Origin: an uncultured Gammaproteobacteria bacterium
Lineage (GTDB): Bacteria > Pseudomonadota > Gammaproteobacteria > JAKDMP01
Assembly: GCA_964586925.1 (NCBI GenBank)
Contig: CAZPJI010000002.1
Location: 64,039 to 128,038 of the forward strand
Direction of reading: 5' to 3'
Length of the DNA stretch: 64,000 nucleotides
The notes under the pieces are model-generated. The model was not told the DNA's origin and made no database searches. It saw nothing but the letters and a program-made list of their open reading frames with translations. Positions 10,291-19,581 of this stretch are shown here, in pieces; positions within the stretch are counted from its first letter, which is position 1, and each line of letters starts with the position of its first letter. The position numbers were made by a program, and so were the translations under genes.

Positions 10291-10889
10291 TCCGGGTGTT
10301 GGTGGCCGAGGACCAAGGCATGATCCTCGGCGCGCTGGCCGCAATGCTGGACATGGAACCCGACATCGCCGTAGTCGGCCGCGCACCGGATGGACGCGAA
10401 GCGCTACGAATGGCCCTGGAGGCGAAGCCGGACGTCGTGGTCACCGACATAGAGATGCCGGGCCTGAGCGGACTCGAACTGGCAGCGGAGCTGCGGGAAT
10501 GCTCGGCTGGCCAGCGCGTCATCATCGTCACGACGTTTGCCCGCCCGGGCTACCTGCGCCGCGCGCTGGACGCCGGCGTCAAGGGCTACCTGCTCAAGGA
10601 CGCGCCGGCGCAGCAACTGGCCGACGCCGTCCGCACGGTGCACCGGGGCGGCAAGGTCATCGCTCCCGAACTCGCGGCCGCGGCCTGGGACAGCGAGGAC
10701 CCGCTCAACGACCGCGAACGCCAGGTGCTGCGCCTGGCCGGGGAAGGCCGCACCAGCGGCGATATCGCCCGCGAACTGTGCCTGTCCGAAGGCACGGTGC
10801 GCAATTACCTCTCCGAGGCAATCGGCAAGCTCGGGGCCGCCAATCGCGTCGAAGCAGCCCGCATCGCCCGCCAGAAAGGCTGGCTCTGA
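10287..10889 (+). CDS. Two-component response regulator, NarL/LuxR (FixJ) family
   Basis: Receiver domain (VLVAEDQ, DVVVTDIEMPGLSG, K in GYLLKD) plus a C-terminal LuxR HTH (LSEGTVRNYLSEAIGKLG). Confidence 0.88.
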   Translation: MIRVLVAEDQGMILGALAAMLDMEPDIAVVGRAPDGREALRMALEAKPDVVVTDIEMPGLSGLELAAELRECSAGQRVIIVTTFARPGYLRRALDAGVKGYLLKDAPAQQLADAVRTVHRGGKVIAPELAAAAWDSEDPLNDRERQVLRLAGEGRTSGDIARELCLSEGTVRNYLSEAIGKLGAANRVEAARIARQKGWL

Positions 10890-10931
10890 CCCAAGCGCTT
10901 CGAACGCCAACAACTGTATCGCAAAGGAAAA

Positions 10932-10957
10932 GGGGTGGCTGCCAACGCAGCCACCCC
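10932..10957. terminator. Bidirectional hairpin terminator between the convergent RR gene and the S53 protease gene
   Basis: Stem ggggtggctg / cagccacccc with a ccaacg loop. A-run on the plus side (a T-run for the minus-strand transcript). Confidence 0.6.
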
Positions 10958-10981
10958 ACATACCTCTACTTGGATCGGAGG

Positions 10982-13900
10982 TCAGGAGGTTGTCTTGATG
11001 CGCTCCTGCTTGCGGCCCAGCAATATTGCGAGACCGAACAGCAAGGCCAGAACCGGCCAGCCGAAGCTGCCGCCACCGCTCGATGACGGTGCCTTATTGG
11101 CTACTGTGGTCGAATTATTAACCGAGCCGTCCTGAGGTTCCTGAGCCGAAGCCGTTGCCATCACCTCATACTCCCCGGTCTTGTCTATATGGGCAACGAG
11201 CACGACATTCGCCTGATCCCCCTGAGCCAAATCACCGATCGGGCAAACGACCACACCCGCATTCGAGGAACAACTGCTGCCTTGTTCCGTAACGAAGGAC
11301 AGGCTGGACGGCAAATTGACCGTTAACACAGTCTGCGTAGCCGTTCCGTCACCCTTGATTGCTTCATTGGTCACGGTGAAATCGAAGGTCACGTTGGTTC
11401 CCGTCTTGACCGACGTCGGATCGGCGGTGCCTGATACCTTTAGGGCTACGGGCTGCGGCTCCCAGTCTATGGTTACCGGCACATTAATCGGGCCGTAAGG
11501 CGACTTGTTCGCAACGCTTAAGTATGCCCTGGAAGTCGTAAACGCCTTCTGTCCCGTGCCATCGACGGTGAGCTGGATAGTTGCTGTAGCCCCCGCCTGT
11601 AAGGTACCGGTCGCCGGCGCCATGCTGAGCCAGGAAGCTTGTGGCAACTTACCGCATTGCTGAGTGTAGCCAGGGAGGACTCTGGTCACATTAGTGATTA
11701 CAGGACCAAAGATATTGAAAGCGGTGATCCCTCCGGTTTGATACAGACCACAGGCATGACCTCCCCGTGTAATTGCCGTGGGCAGATTCGGCAACGGGAA
11801 CCAGCTATTGGTCTGAGGATCGTAGGCCTCACCCTCATTGACCAGATTGCCACCCCCATCGACGCCTCCGTCAACCAGGAGAAGTCCGTTTGCCGCCGTA
11901 TAGAAAGACTCGCCCAGCGGAACGAACATGGGGGCAATAGACGACCAACTGTTGGACAATGGATCGTATACATAGCCATCCCCTACAGCTGCGCTTCCCT
12001 GCATGCCCCCGGCACAATAGAGCTTGCCATCGATCGCCCCGCACGAGGCAAATGCAACCGCTTGCGGGTAGTTCGCGGCCGAGGTCCAACTATCCGAATA
12101 GGGGTGGTAAACCTGAACGGCATTTGTCGGAGTACTGCACGGGCCATCAATGCAGCCACCCACGAGGTATAGTGATCCGTTCAGAACCGCGTAGGCGCTT
12201 CCCCCCGCAGCAGGCACCGGATTCGACGCGCCAGTGCTCCATTGTCCGGTTACCGGATCATAAATATCCGTCTCGGCTACCGGATTGGCCGCTGCACCTG
12301 CTGCCCAGCCATCGGCAACATAGTACTTGCCATCGATAAATGCCGAGGCAGCCGCTTGTCGAGCCACTGGTGCATTCGCAATGGGTGACCAGCTGTCGTC
12401 CTTGGGATCGTAGACAAACGCCGAACTGTCTATGCCAACAACCGACCCATACTGGCTATAGGTGCCCCCCATGGAATAGACCTTACCGGTTACCGGATCG
12501 CGCGCCATGGTGTTGTCGGCTGTCTCCTTTGGATAGGGGGCAATCGCCTGCCATACTGGAGCACTACTTGAACTGGGTGCAATAGTCGGGCTGGTTTCAA
12601 CTGAATTCGCCTGCGCGGCTTTGGACTGGGCGTGCATAGATACCCATGACAGACTCGCCGTTAGCCAGGACGGGTTGGCGACCGGAACTTGAATCAGGGG
12701 CGCACCACCGCCCGTGGCGGGTGACTGCTGGGTAGCCGGGGCCGGAGCATCGATTCCCACGACCCTGTACTGTCCAGGTGCACTTCCGGCATTGCTTAGC
12801 GCAAAGGACGCGGTCGCCGAACTGTTTACCATCACATGCAATGTGAACTGCCCGGGGTTGGCCCCCATCTTTGCTGTCTTGAGCGCAAAGTTCTGGGTGA
12901 CGACGCTATTGTCGTTTAGAGTTATCCCCGCTGTTGCTGTGGAATAGTTGCTCGCAGCGGTTGTGGTCAGTGTGTACTGCCCCGCTTTATCGAAGAACAA
13001 ATAGAATCCTACCGGAAGATTCGGATCGGAATAGTTTTCGACCGTATCCGCATTCGTGCCGTTTCCGTCTGCAACGTGTGCGCCGAGGATGCCCTTGCCT
13101 GTATTGGCGTCACTCACCTGGCCCATGACAAGACCGCCCGAGACAGGTTGACAGGTCCCAATCACGACATCGTCAATCTGGGCAAGTGTAGAACTGTAAG
13201 ATGCCGGACCATAAAAGCGCCAGCGCAGCTGGAAGTCTCCACTCGTCGGGAGATAGGGAGAGAGATCAACACTTTCATCTTCTCCATTCGCCCCGTTAGC
13301 AGGATGGCCCGACGTCCAATGCAGAATGTTGGTCCACGTTGATCCACCGTCCGTCGTGATATCGAGATCGAATGGCATCGTGGAACCGCCACCATAAAAG
13401 GCTTTGTACCTCAAAACAGCCGCGCCAGTCAGCGATGTCGCCGAAATCGGCGGTGTGACGAGCGAGGTATCGAAAGCAGGGTAAGGCGGATTATTGCTGT
13501 AGTTGACGCCGAGGGCGCCATTGGCCTCTGCGGCCGTACCCGTCCCGCCCGTTTGGTTTCCATAGTTTCCAGGGGCATTCGAGAGTTCCCATATAACGGG
13601 ACTGCTTGCAGGATTGGTGACAGTCCAACCGGTGGGCGGGAAACTCGGATTATTAAAGTCATTGCTGAACCCGCCAGCCTGGAACTGATAACCCGGCGCC
13701 GAGCAGGTGCTCGCGACAGCGAGCGGGAAATTCTCGTTCACGTCCGCTGAGACTGTAACGGTTTTCGATACCGTCTGATACCCGTCAAAAGCCGCGGCTA
13801 CGTGTATTGCATAGCCATAACCCTGCGGAAGCTTCACACTGTAGGCGCCGGTAGCGGGGTCGGTCCATATGTCCGCCACCTGGAGATCTTTCGGCTTACC

Positions 13901-16081
13901 ATAGCCTGGCGGACTATTGCTAATTGTCACCGAGACCTCGGCATAGAGTCCATAGCCATGGCCTGATCCATCGGTTACCTTGCCTGAAACGGTATCCGTT
14001 GGCGCAGCGTCAAGAGTAAAGTCTTGCGTAGTCGTGGCGCTATCGGTGACACTGACTGATGCTGTGCCAAGTGCATAACCGAAGGCACCAACGCTGATGG
14101 CATGACTGCCTGCCGGCAAGACAAACGAGTAATTGCCATCGGTCCCGGTGGGCCCTTCATAGCTGCCATCGACACTGACCTCCGCGCCGGCAACCGGATT
14201 TCCATCGACATCGGTCACTGTGCCGCTCAGAGTTCCGGATGGGCTGGTCACGCCCAGGTGTGAGAGAAAACTGGTCGCATTGGGACTGCCCCAACCCGTC
14301 GGGTGATCCCAGTCTACTGCCGCGCAGGACGACGAACCATCGGGCAATTCGCCGTTGCAACCCGTTGTGATGTCGTGAAAATCGGCAGCATAATTGCCGG
14401 CATTGACATCGCCATATATCAACGTATTCGACTGCCCCAACGAAACGTCGCTGTTCTGGGACACGCCGATGGCGAACAAGGCTGCAAGCTGCGGTGCTAC
14501 TGCACTCGTGCCGTAGACGGCACCAAAACCTCGCTGTGAATCGTATACGACATAATCGCTTCCGTTCTGGCCACCCGAATTCAACGCCATGTCCGAATTC
14601 ATGCGCATGCCGTTACTGGGAACGCCTGGCCCCGTCTGCCAGGACGGTTGGGTAAACAACTGGCTGATCGCACCGCCTGTGCCCGGCGCACCACTATAGC
14701 TGGGCGACCAGGCCGTCTCACTGCCATAAGTGCCACTGATGTCGGCAATGGTCAATAAACTGCCGTTTGCAGTCGTTATATAAGGACTGGAGGAAGGAAA
14801 ATCGGCATTGTTTCCGGTACCGTCGCCATTGGGAATGTCCGCAGCGCCATTGTCACCGGCGGCGGCGAACATGGAAATTCCCTCGGCGGCCCCCTGCATG
14901 AAAATCTGGTCCGCCGTCATGCCCAGACTGCCCCAATAGAATTCGGGCGCCCCCCAACTCGTCGTCATGACCTGAGACGTATCGTCATTCACAAACTCGT
15001 TGAAAGCATCGACAAATGTCGTGAAATAAGGGTTTGCTGCCAAATACACGTTTTGGGTAATTCCCGGCGCCATGGCACCGCTCCACTCGATGTCGAGCAG
15101 TGTTTCACCCATACCGTCAGTCAACCCTTCATCGCCGTCCACTGGAATTACATTTACCGTATGACTGGGCAGACCATAGGCGTTCCAGAAAGCGCTGGCT
15201 GAATCATTGGATCCAAGGCCCGAACTGTCGGCGGTAATGATTGCCACCGATACACCCTCGCCATTTCTTTGATCGGTAATACTGGGCCAGTCGTAAGCAG
15301 TGGCGATTTGTGAAGGATCGAAATACGCAGAGGAGGAAGTTGCCGCGGGCGGCGATAGCGATACCTGGGAGTTGACAACTCCGGCACGTCCCGGCAACGG
15401 CTTGAAATTCGAATGCGGGCGCATCATCTGGAAATGATCAAGGCCCAGTACATTGAGTACGACGCCAGCTACCGCCCGCGGGATTCGTATTCGATCTTTG
15501 GTGCTTGGGAAAGTGCGTCCATTCAGTTTGTAATTGTTGATACGGATGGAAAAAGCACGCTCGAAGGCGCCAGTGGTTCCCACGGCATGAATCAAAGTGC
15601 GGTTGGCAGAGATGCTTTGCACCTGTATCTGATTCCGTTGCAGGAATTTCTTCACTACGTCGACTTGTGTTTGCGTCGGTCCGTATTGCCGAGCGAACTG
15701 TTGCGGCGTAAGGAAATGATGATATTGAGAGCTACCGGGATTCTGAACTTCCTCAAGGAATTGCTTCAGCTTCCGCGTTTTGCGCAGCTTCAGGCTAATC
15801 GTCAATTTCATGGCGGCCGAGCTTTCGCGGGAACCCAGGTTCTCAGCCCTGGAGAGCAAAGTTAAATTGCCTTGCGGGGCCATGCGGACAAATGCGCTCG
15901 CCGCGCCGTTTCGACGGGCGTTCGCTATCCCCCAGGAAGTCAAACCGGAGGGCTTGAGCTGCTTCGTAACTGGCGCTATCGCCGGGGAAGCGTAAGCAAC
16001 AGGAAGAAAAGCGACTACCCCGGTCGCCAAGAAAACACCAACCGCGGCAAAGGCGGAGAGAGGCTTGAATCGACGGCTCAT
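10982..16081 (-). CDS. Giant secreted multidomain sedolisin-family (peptidase S53) protease, 1699 aa. Domain order: signal peptide, pro-kumamolisin activation domain, S53 catalytic domain, CarboxypepD_reg-like domains, Kelch beta-propeller, DUF11/CARDB-like domain, GlyGly-CTERM-like C-terminal anchor
   Basis: N-terminal signal MSRRFKPLSAFAAVGVFLATGVVAFLPVAYA. Prodomain region QYHHFLTPQQFARQYGPTQTQVDVVKKFL is typical of pro-kumamolisin. The catalytic domain contains the GTSAVAPQLAA (SGTSxxAP) serine motif. GTLSGTVTDVDGNPVAGAEVSV marks carboxypeptidase-regulatory-like beta-sandwich domains. Six Kelch-like blades are visible (YSMGG.., YVADGW.., YLVGGC.., LYCAGGM.., LLVDGGVDG..). The C-terminus GGGSFGWPVLALLFGLAILLGRKQERIKTTS is Gly-Gly, then a TM helix, then basic residues. 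GC content is visibly lower than the flanks. Confidence 0.8.
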   Translation of the reverse strand: MSRRFKPLSAFAAVGVFLATGVVAFLPVAYASPAIAPVTKQLKPSGLTSWGIANARRNGAASAFVRMAPQGNLTLLSRAENLGSRESSAAMKLTISLKLRKTRKLKQFLEEVQNPGSSQYHHFLTPQQFARQYGPTQTQVDVVKKFLQRNQIQVQSISANRTLIHAVGTTGAFERAFSIRINNYKLNGRTFPSTKDRIRIPRAVAGVVLNVLGLDHFQMMRPHSNFKPLPGRAGVVNSQVSLSPPAATSSSAYFDPSQIATAYDWPSITDQRNGEGVSVAIITADSSGLGSNDSASAFWNAYGLPSHTVNVIPVDGDEGLTDGMGETLLDIEWSGAMAPGITQNVYLAANPYFTTFVDAFNEFVNDDTSQVMTTSWGAPEFYWGSLGMTADQIFMQGAAEGISMFAAAGDNGAADIPNGDGTGNNADFPSSSPYITTANGSLLTIADISGTYGSETAWSPSYSGAPGTGGAISQLFTQPSWQTGPGVPSNGMRMNSDMALNSGGQNGSDYVVYDSQRGFGAVYGTSAVAPQLAALFAIGVSQNSDVSLGQSNTLIYGDVNAGNYAADFHDITTGCNGELPDGSSSCAAVDWDHPTGWGSPNATSFLSHLGVTSPSGTLSGTVTDVDGNPVAGAEVSVDGSYEGPTGTDGNYSFVLPAGSHAISVGAFGYALGTASVSVTDSATTTQDFTLDAAPTDTVSGKVTDGSGHGYGLYAEVSVTISNSPPGYGKPKDLQVADIWTDPATGAYSVKLPQGYGYAIHVAAAFDGYQTVSKTVTVSADVNENFPLAVASTCSAPGYQFQAGGFSNDFNNPSFPPTGWTVTNPASSPVIWELSNAPGNYGNQTGGTGTAAEANGALGVNYSNNPPYPAFDTSLVTPPISATSLTGAAVLRYKAFYGGGSTMPFDLDITTDGGSTWTNILHWTSGHPANGANGEDESVDLSPYLPTSGDFQLRWRFYGPASYSSTLAQIDDVVIGTCQPVSGGLVMGQVSDANTGKGILGAHVADGNGTNADTVENYSDPNLPVGFYLFFDKAGQYTLTTTAASNYSTATAGITLNDNSVVTQNFALKTAKMGANPGQFTLHVMVNSSATASFALSNAGSAPGQYRVVGIDAPAPATQQSPATGGGAPLIQVPVANPSWLTASLSWVSMHAQSKAAQANSVETSPTIAPSSSSAPVWQAIAPYPKETADNTMARDPVTGKVYSMGGTYSQYGSVVGIDSSAFVYDPKDDSWSPIANAPVARQAAASAFIDGKYYVADGWAAGAAANPVAETDIYDPVTGQWSTGASNPVPAAGGSAYAVLNGSLYLVGGCIDGPCSTPTNAVQVYHPYSDSWTSAANYPQAVAFASCGAIDGKLYCAGGMQGSAAVGDGYVYDPLSNSWSSIAPMFVPLGESFYTAANGLLLVDGGVDGGGNLVNEGEAYDPQTNSWFPLPNLPTAITRGGHACGLYQTGGITAFNIFGPVITNVTRVLPGYTQQCGKLPQASWLSMAPATGTLQAGATATIQLTVDGTGQKAFTTSRAYLSVANKSPYGPINVPVTIDWEPQPVALKVSGTADPTSVKTGTNVTFDFTVTNEAIKGDGTATQTVLTVNLPSSLSFVTEQGSSCSSNAGVVVCPIGDLAQGDQANVVLVAHIDKTGEYEVMATASAQEPQDGSVNNSTTVANKAPSSSGGGSFGWPVLALLFGLAILLGRKQERIKTTS

Positions 16082-16265
16082 ATTATTTGCTCCTGAAATA
16101 CCTGATTATCAAAATTTGTCTACGAGGTCCCCTGGTTCGCCTCGCGGCAACCTCGGTTGAAGTATCTCAAAGAGTAGCTATGGAATTTTGGCGGTCTTTT
16201 GCCATGGCGTATAACCGCCAATTTCAGGAGAATTGTCTCCCAGCGACCATTTTCTTTGTCAACTC

Positions 16266-17324
16266 TCAGGTAGAAACGTCAGGAATATCGGCTTCCCCGT
16301 CTGACAGCTGCAAGGCGCAAAGCCAACCCAACTGGAAGCGGGTACGCGCATTCAAAACACGCATCAACTCAGCAATCCGCCTCTCCAGGGTACGTTGCGA
16401 GATGTTCAGATCATACGCGATGGTCTTGTCATTCAATCCCGCGGCCATCAGGACAATCAGTTCCTTGGATTCAAGGCTCAGCATGGACTCGGATACGCCA
16501 ATTTGCGGCCGGCTTTCCTGACCGAATGAAATAGGTGTAGCCCGCTCCCAAATCATTTCGAACAATTCATAGAGCGCGTCAAGCAGAGACGAAGATCGAA
16601 CCAGCAAGGCCGGACTATCCAGTTCGCCCAGGTTCAATGGAATCAACGCGAGACGGTGATCTGCCAAAACCAGCTTGAGCGGCAACTCCGGGGCCACCCT
16701 GACCTCCTCTCCCACAGCCATGTCGGAACGAATGCTTTGCACTACGGAGGGGATAGCCATAAGACCGGATTCAATAACTGTCCTGTACCGCACCCCCCTT
16801 TTTAGCGCTTCTATCTGGCCCGGATGATCTTCCTCGGCAGGTCTATTCAATTGCGATACCCGCATCGGCGCCCGCATCAGGGTGATGAATTCGTTTTCGA
16901 CGGTTCGATCCATCTGCTCGAGAATCTGGCGCTCTGCGTCACGACTGGTAATGAGTTCAACCATTTGCTTGTGTTCGTCATGGTTTTGCACAGAGTTAGC
17001 CTGTTCCTGCAACTCCTGGATTGTGTGCTGGGTCTCCAGCAAGGCTTTCTGTTGTTGGAGAAACAACGCGCCCAAGGCAATATCGGGCGCTGATGGCAGA
17101 TAACGCCGCGACCGCTCAGGCGAATGAGTAACCAGCCCCATGGCTTCTATTGATTCCAGCAGCCCCTGTGTCTTTCTCGGTCCGAGCGATAATGCACGCG
17201 CGACGTCGCTCGCACTCGCACCGGGATGCTCCAGGATCCAGCGATACACTCGCTCTTCCGCCTCGCTGATGCCGAGACTGGCTAATGACTGTTCCTTTGT
17301 GGATTCGTTTTGGTTTACAGACAT
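16266..17324 (-). CDS. LuxR-family transcriptional regulator with an extra N-terminal TrmB/MarR-like winged HTH (dual DNA-binding-domain architecture)
   Basis: C-terminal LuxR HTH: ELIVLMAAGLNDKTIAYDLNISQRTLERRIAELMRVL. The N-terminus LGISEAEERVYRWILEHPGASASDVARALSLGPRKTQGLLESIEAMGLV resembles a TrmB-type wHTH. It lies immediately upstream of, and is co-oriented with, the protease gene. Lower GC. Confidence 0.75.
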   Translation of the reverse strand: MSVNQNESTKEQSLASLGISEAEERVYRWILEHPGASASDVARALSLGPRKTQGLLESIEAMGLVTHSPERSRRYLPSAPDIALGALFLQQQKALLETQHTIQELQEQANSVQNHDEHKQMVELITSRDAERQILEQMDRTVENEFITLMRAPMRVSQLNRPAEEDHPGQIEALKRGVRYRTVIESGLMAIPSVVQSIRSDMAVGEEVRVAPELPLKLVLADHRLALIPLNLGELDSPALLVRSSSLLDALYELFEMIWERATPISFGQESRPQIGVSESMLSLESKELIVLMAAGLNDKTIAYDLNISQRTLERRIAELMRVLNARTRFQLGWLCALQLSDGEADIPDVST

Positions 17325-17447
17325 ATTGCCCCCTGTGCAAAACCACGAAACAGTTTAGCCCGCAAATATCTTCCTGGCTGCAATCGACGTTAATCGTCAA
17401 ACGCGAAAACCGTTTCAAACACCGAAACCGTGCGGCTTTGTATAGGT

Positions 17448-18656
17448 TCAGCGTTCCAGGTCAGGATCGGGGACATGGGTGAAGGCGATGCGCATGGGGG
17501 CGGCATCAAGCGCCTGGTGGGCACCACCGAAATACACGGCGTGAGCGCCAAAGCGGTTGTTCACGGCGTCTACCGCCTGGTTGAGACGGGTTCGCTTGCC
17601 GGTTTCCTCGAAAAGCGAACCCTGCACCCCCTCGCTCAACCGCGACAGGCTCAGCCCCACGCCGAGAATGGGCACCTGCCGCTCCGGGCGCTGCTTCCAG
17701 AGCGCGCTCAGAACGTGTTCGAACAACAGCGTATCTGCGCTTGGGGCAAAACGCTCGACCTGCGTCCAGCGCTCGCCGTCAAGGTAACGCAAGTTCAGCC
17801 GCAGGCTGCCCGCAGCGTAACCCAGGCTGCGCAAACGCCAGGCACTCTTCTGGAGCAGCCGGTGGGCCACCGCGAGCGTGGCGGCCGGATTACGCAACTC
17901 GGGCGCCAACACGTGGGAATGCCCGATGCTCGCCCGCGGACCGGTGGCCATGGCCATTTCCTCGCCGCGCAACTCCCGGTACATGCGCTCGCCGCCGATC
18001 CCGCCCCAGATGCGCACGATTTCACGCTTGGGCGCGGCATAGAGTTGCTCGACGGTGGTGATGCCCGCAGCCTGCAAGCGTTTGTGCATGCGTCGGCCGA
18101 TGCCGGTGAGGTCCCTGAGCTGCAAACGGTAAAGGGCCTCCGGGACATCGCTTTCCTCGAGGATGCGCAGCCCCCGCGGCTTATCCATCTTGGAGGCCAT
18201 CTTGGCGAGGAAACGGTTGGGCGCAATGCCTATCGAGCAGCCGATGGCTGCGCCGACCCCGGCCACCGCTTCGCGGATATTTTCAGCGACGGCACGTGCC
18301 CGGCCGGGTTCCCGCCAGGAACCGCTCAAGGTGCAGGTCAACTCGTCGATCGAGGCCACTGCGTCGATGGGGATGCAGGTCTCCACCGCTTCGCGCAGTC
18401 GATGGTGGTAGCGAATATAGAGTTCATGGCGGGCTTCGACGAGCACGATGCCGGGGCATAGCTTTTTCGCCTCGCCCACCTGTGTGCCGGTGCTCACGCC
18501 GTGGCGCTTGGCCTCGTAACTCGCCGCGATGCAGCAGGTAGTATCCGCCATGACGGGCACTATACCCACCGGCTTACCACGTAATTCGGGGCGCAGCTCC
18601 TGTTCTACCGAGGCGAAGTAGGCATCAAAGTCGATGAAGAGGCAATTGAGACCCAC
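17448..18656 (-). CDS. Y-family translesion DNA polymerase (UmuC/DinB-like paralog), 402 aa, catalytic acidic residues present
   Basis: MGLNCLFIDFDAYFASVEQ...GKPVGIVPV...SIDELTCTL. These are the conserved Y-family palm motifs (D-x-D, SVE, S-I-D-E), followed by thumb/little-finger regions. The protein is distinct from the canonical dinB at 53818-54930. No umuD is adjacent. Confidence 0.8.
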   Translation of the reverse strand: MGLNCLFIDFDAYFASVEQELRPELRGKPVGIVPVMADTTCCIAASYEAKRHGVSTGTQVGEAKKLCPGIVLVEARHELYIRYHHRLREAVETCIPIDAVASIDELTCTLSGSWREPGRARAVAENIREAVAGVGAAIGCSIGIAPNRFLAKMASKMDKPRGLRILEESDVPEALYRLQLRDLTGIGRRMHKRLQAAGITTVEQLYAAPKREIVRIWGGIGGERMYRELRGEEMAMATGPRASIGHSHVLAPELRNPAATLAVAHRLLQKSAWRLRSLGYAAGSLRLNLRYLDGERWTQVERFAPSADTLLFEHVLSALWKQRPERQVPILGVGLSLSRLSEGVQGSLFEETGKRTRLNQAVDAVNNRFGAHAVYFGGAHQALDAAPMRIAFTHVPDPDLER

Positions 18657-18669
18657 CGCTCCCCACGCA

Positions 18670-19581
18670 TCAGATCAGCAACAGGTAGTGGTCCACGAGC
18701 AGGGCCGCGAACAACAGCGAGAGATAAAGGATCGAATAACGGAACGTGGCCATGGGTGCACGTTCGTCACGCCCGCGCCAGAGCCGGAACGCGTGGTACA
18801 GGAAGCCGGCGCCGAGCAGTAGCGCAGCCGCAAAATAAACCCACCCACTGGCGCCCAGGGACCACGGCAGTAGGCTGAAAGCGACCAGCAGCACCGTGTA
18901 GAGCAGAATATGCAGGCGCGTCAGTCGAATGCCGTGCGTGACCGGAAGCATGGGCACGCCCGCCTTGGCATAGTCGTCGCGGCGATGGATCGCCAGCGCC
19001 CAGAAATGCGGCGGCGTCCATATGAAGATGATGAGGAACAGGGCGAGCGCCATGGGATCGATGCGCCCGGTCATGGCCGTCCAACCGATCACCGGCGGGA
19101 TAGCGCCGGCCGCTCCGCCGAGCACGATGTTCTGCGGCGTGATGTGCTTGAGAAACGCCGTATACACCACGGCATAGCCGATCAGTCCGCCGAAGGTCAG
19201 CACCGCACTCAACAGGTTCACGCCGATTGTCAGTACGGCCATGGAGGCCACGCCCAGGACGGCTGCAAACGCCAGCGCCTGGTGCTCGGTCAACGCGCCC
19301 CGCGGGAGGGGGCGGTAACAGGTACGCCGCATGCGATTGTCGATATGGCGGTCGATGACATGGTTGATCGTGGCCGCCGAAGCCGCAGCCAGGGCAACCC
19401 CGAGGGTAGCGAGCAGGACACGCCCCAGCGGCGGCCAGCCCGGCACCGCGAGCAACATACCGACCACGGCAGTAAAGACGATGAGCTCGACGATACGCAG
19501 CTTGCACAGAGCCAGGTAACTGCGCACCCGCTGCCACGGTCCGATCGGTCCGGAAACGGTTTCAATCAGCGGTGAATTCAT
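18670..19581 (-). CDS. ctaB: Protoheme IX farnesyltransferase (heme O synthase) CtaB/CyoE
   Basis: UbiA-superfamily prenyltransferase with 8-9 TM helices. Signature YRPLPRGALT and the NHVIDRHIDNRMRRT (D-rich) motif. It sits at the end of the cox cluster. Confidence 0.88.
   Translation of the reverse strand: MNSPLIETVSGPIGPWQRVRSYLALCKLRIVELIVFTAVVGMLLAVPGWPPLGRVLLATLGVALAAASAATINHVIDRHIDNRMRRTCYRPLPRGALTEHQALAFAAVLGVASMAVLTIGVNLLSAVLTFGGLIGYAVVYTAFLKHITPQNIVLGGAAGAIPPVIGWTAMTGRIDPMALALFLIIFIWTPPHFWALAIHRRDDYAKAGVPMLPVTHGIRLTRLHILLYTVLLVAFSLLPWSLGASGWVYFAAALLLGAGFLYHAFRLWRGRDERAPMATFRYSILYLSLLFAALLVDHYLLLI

Noticed and set aside
9019-10386. 455-aa minus-strand ORF
   Set aside because: It is antisense to the histidine kinase/response regulator genes, whose H-box, N/G-boxes and receiver motifs are clear on the plus strand.
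11639-12172. Several 60-180-aa plus-strand ORFs across 11.3-16.1 kb
   Set aside because: All lie antisense within the 5.1-kb protease gene. They have no motifs and show a low-complexity shadow-frame composition.
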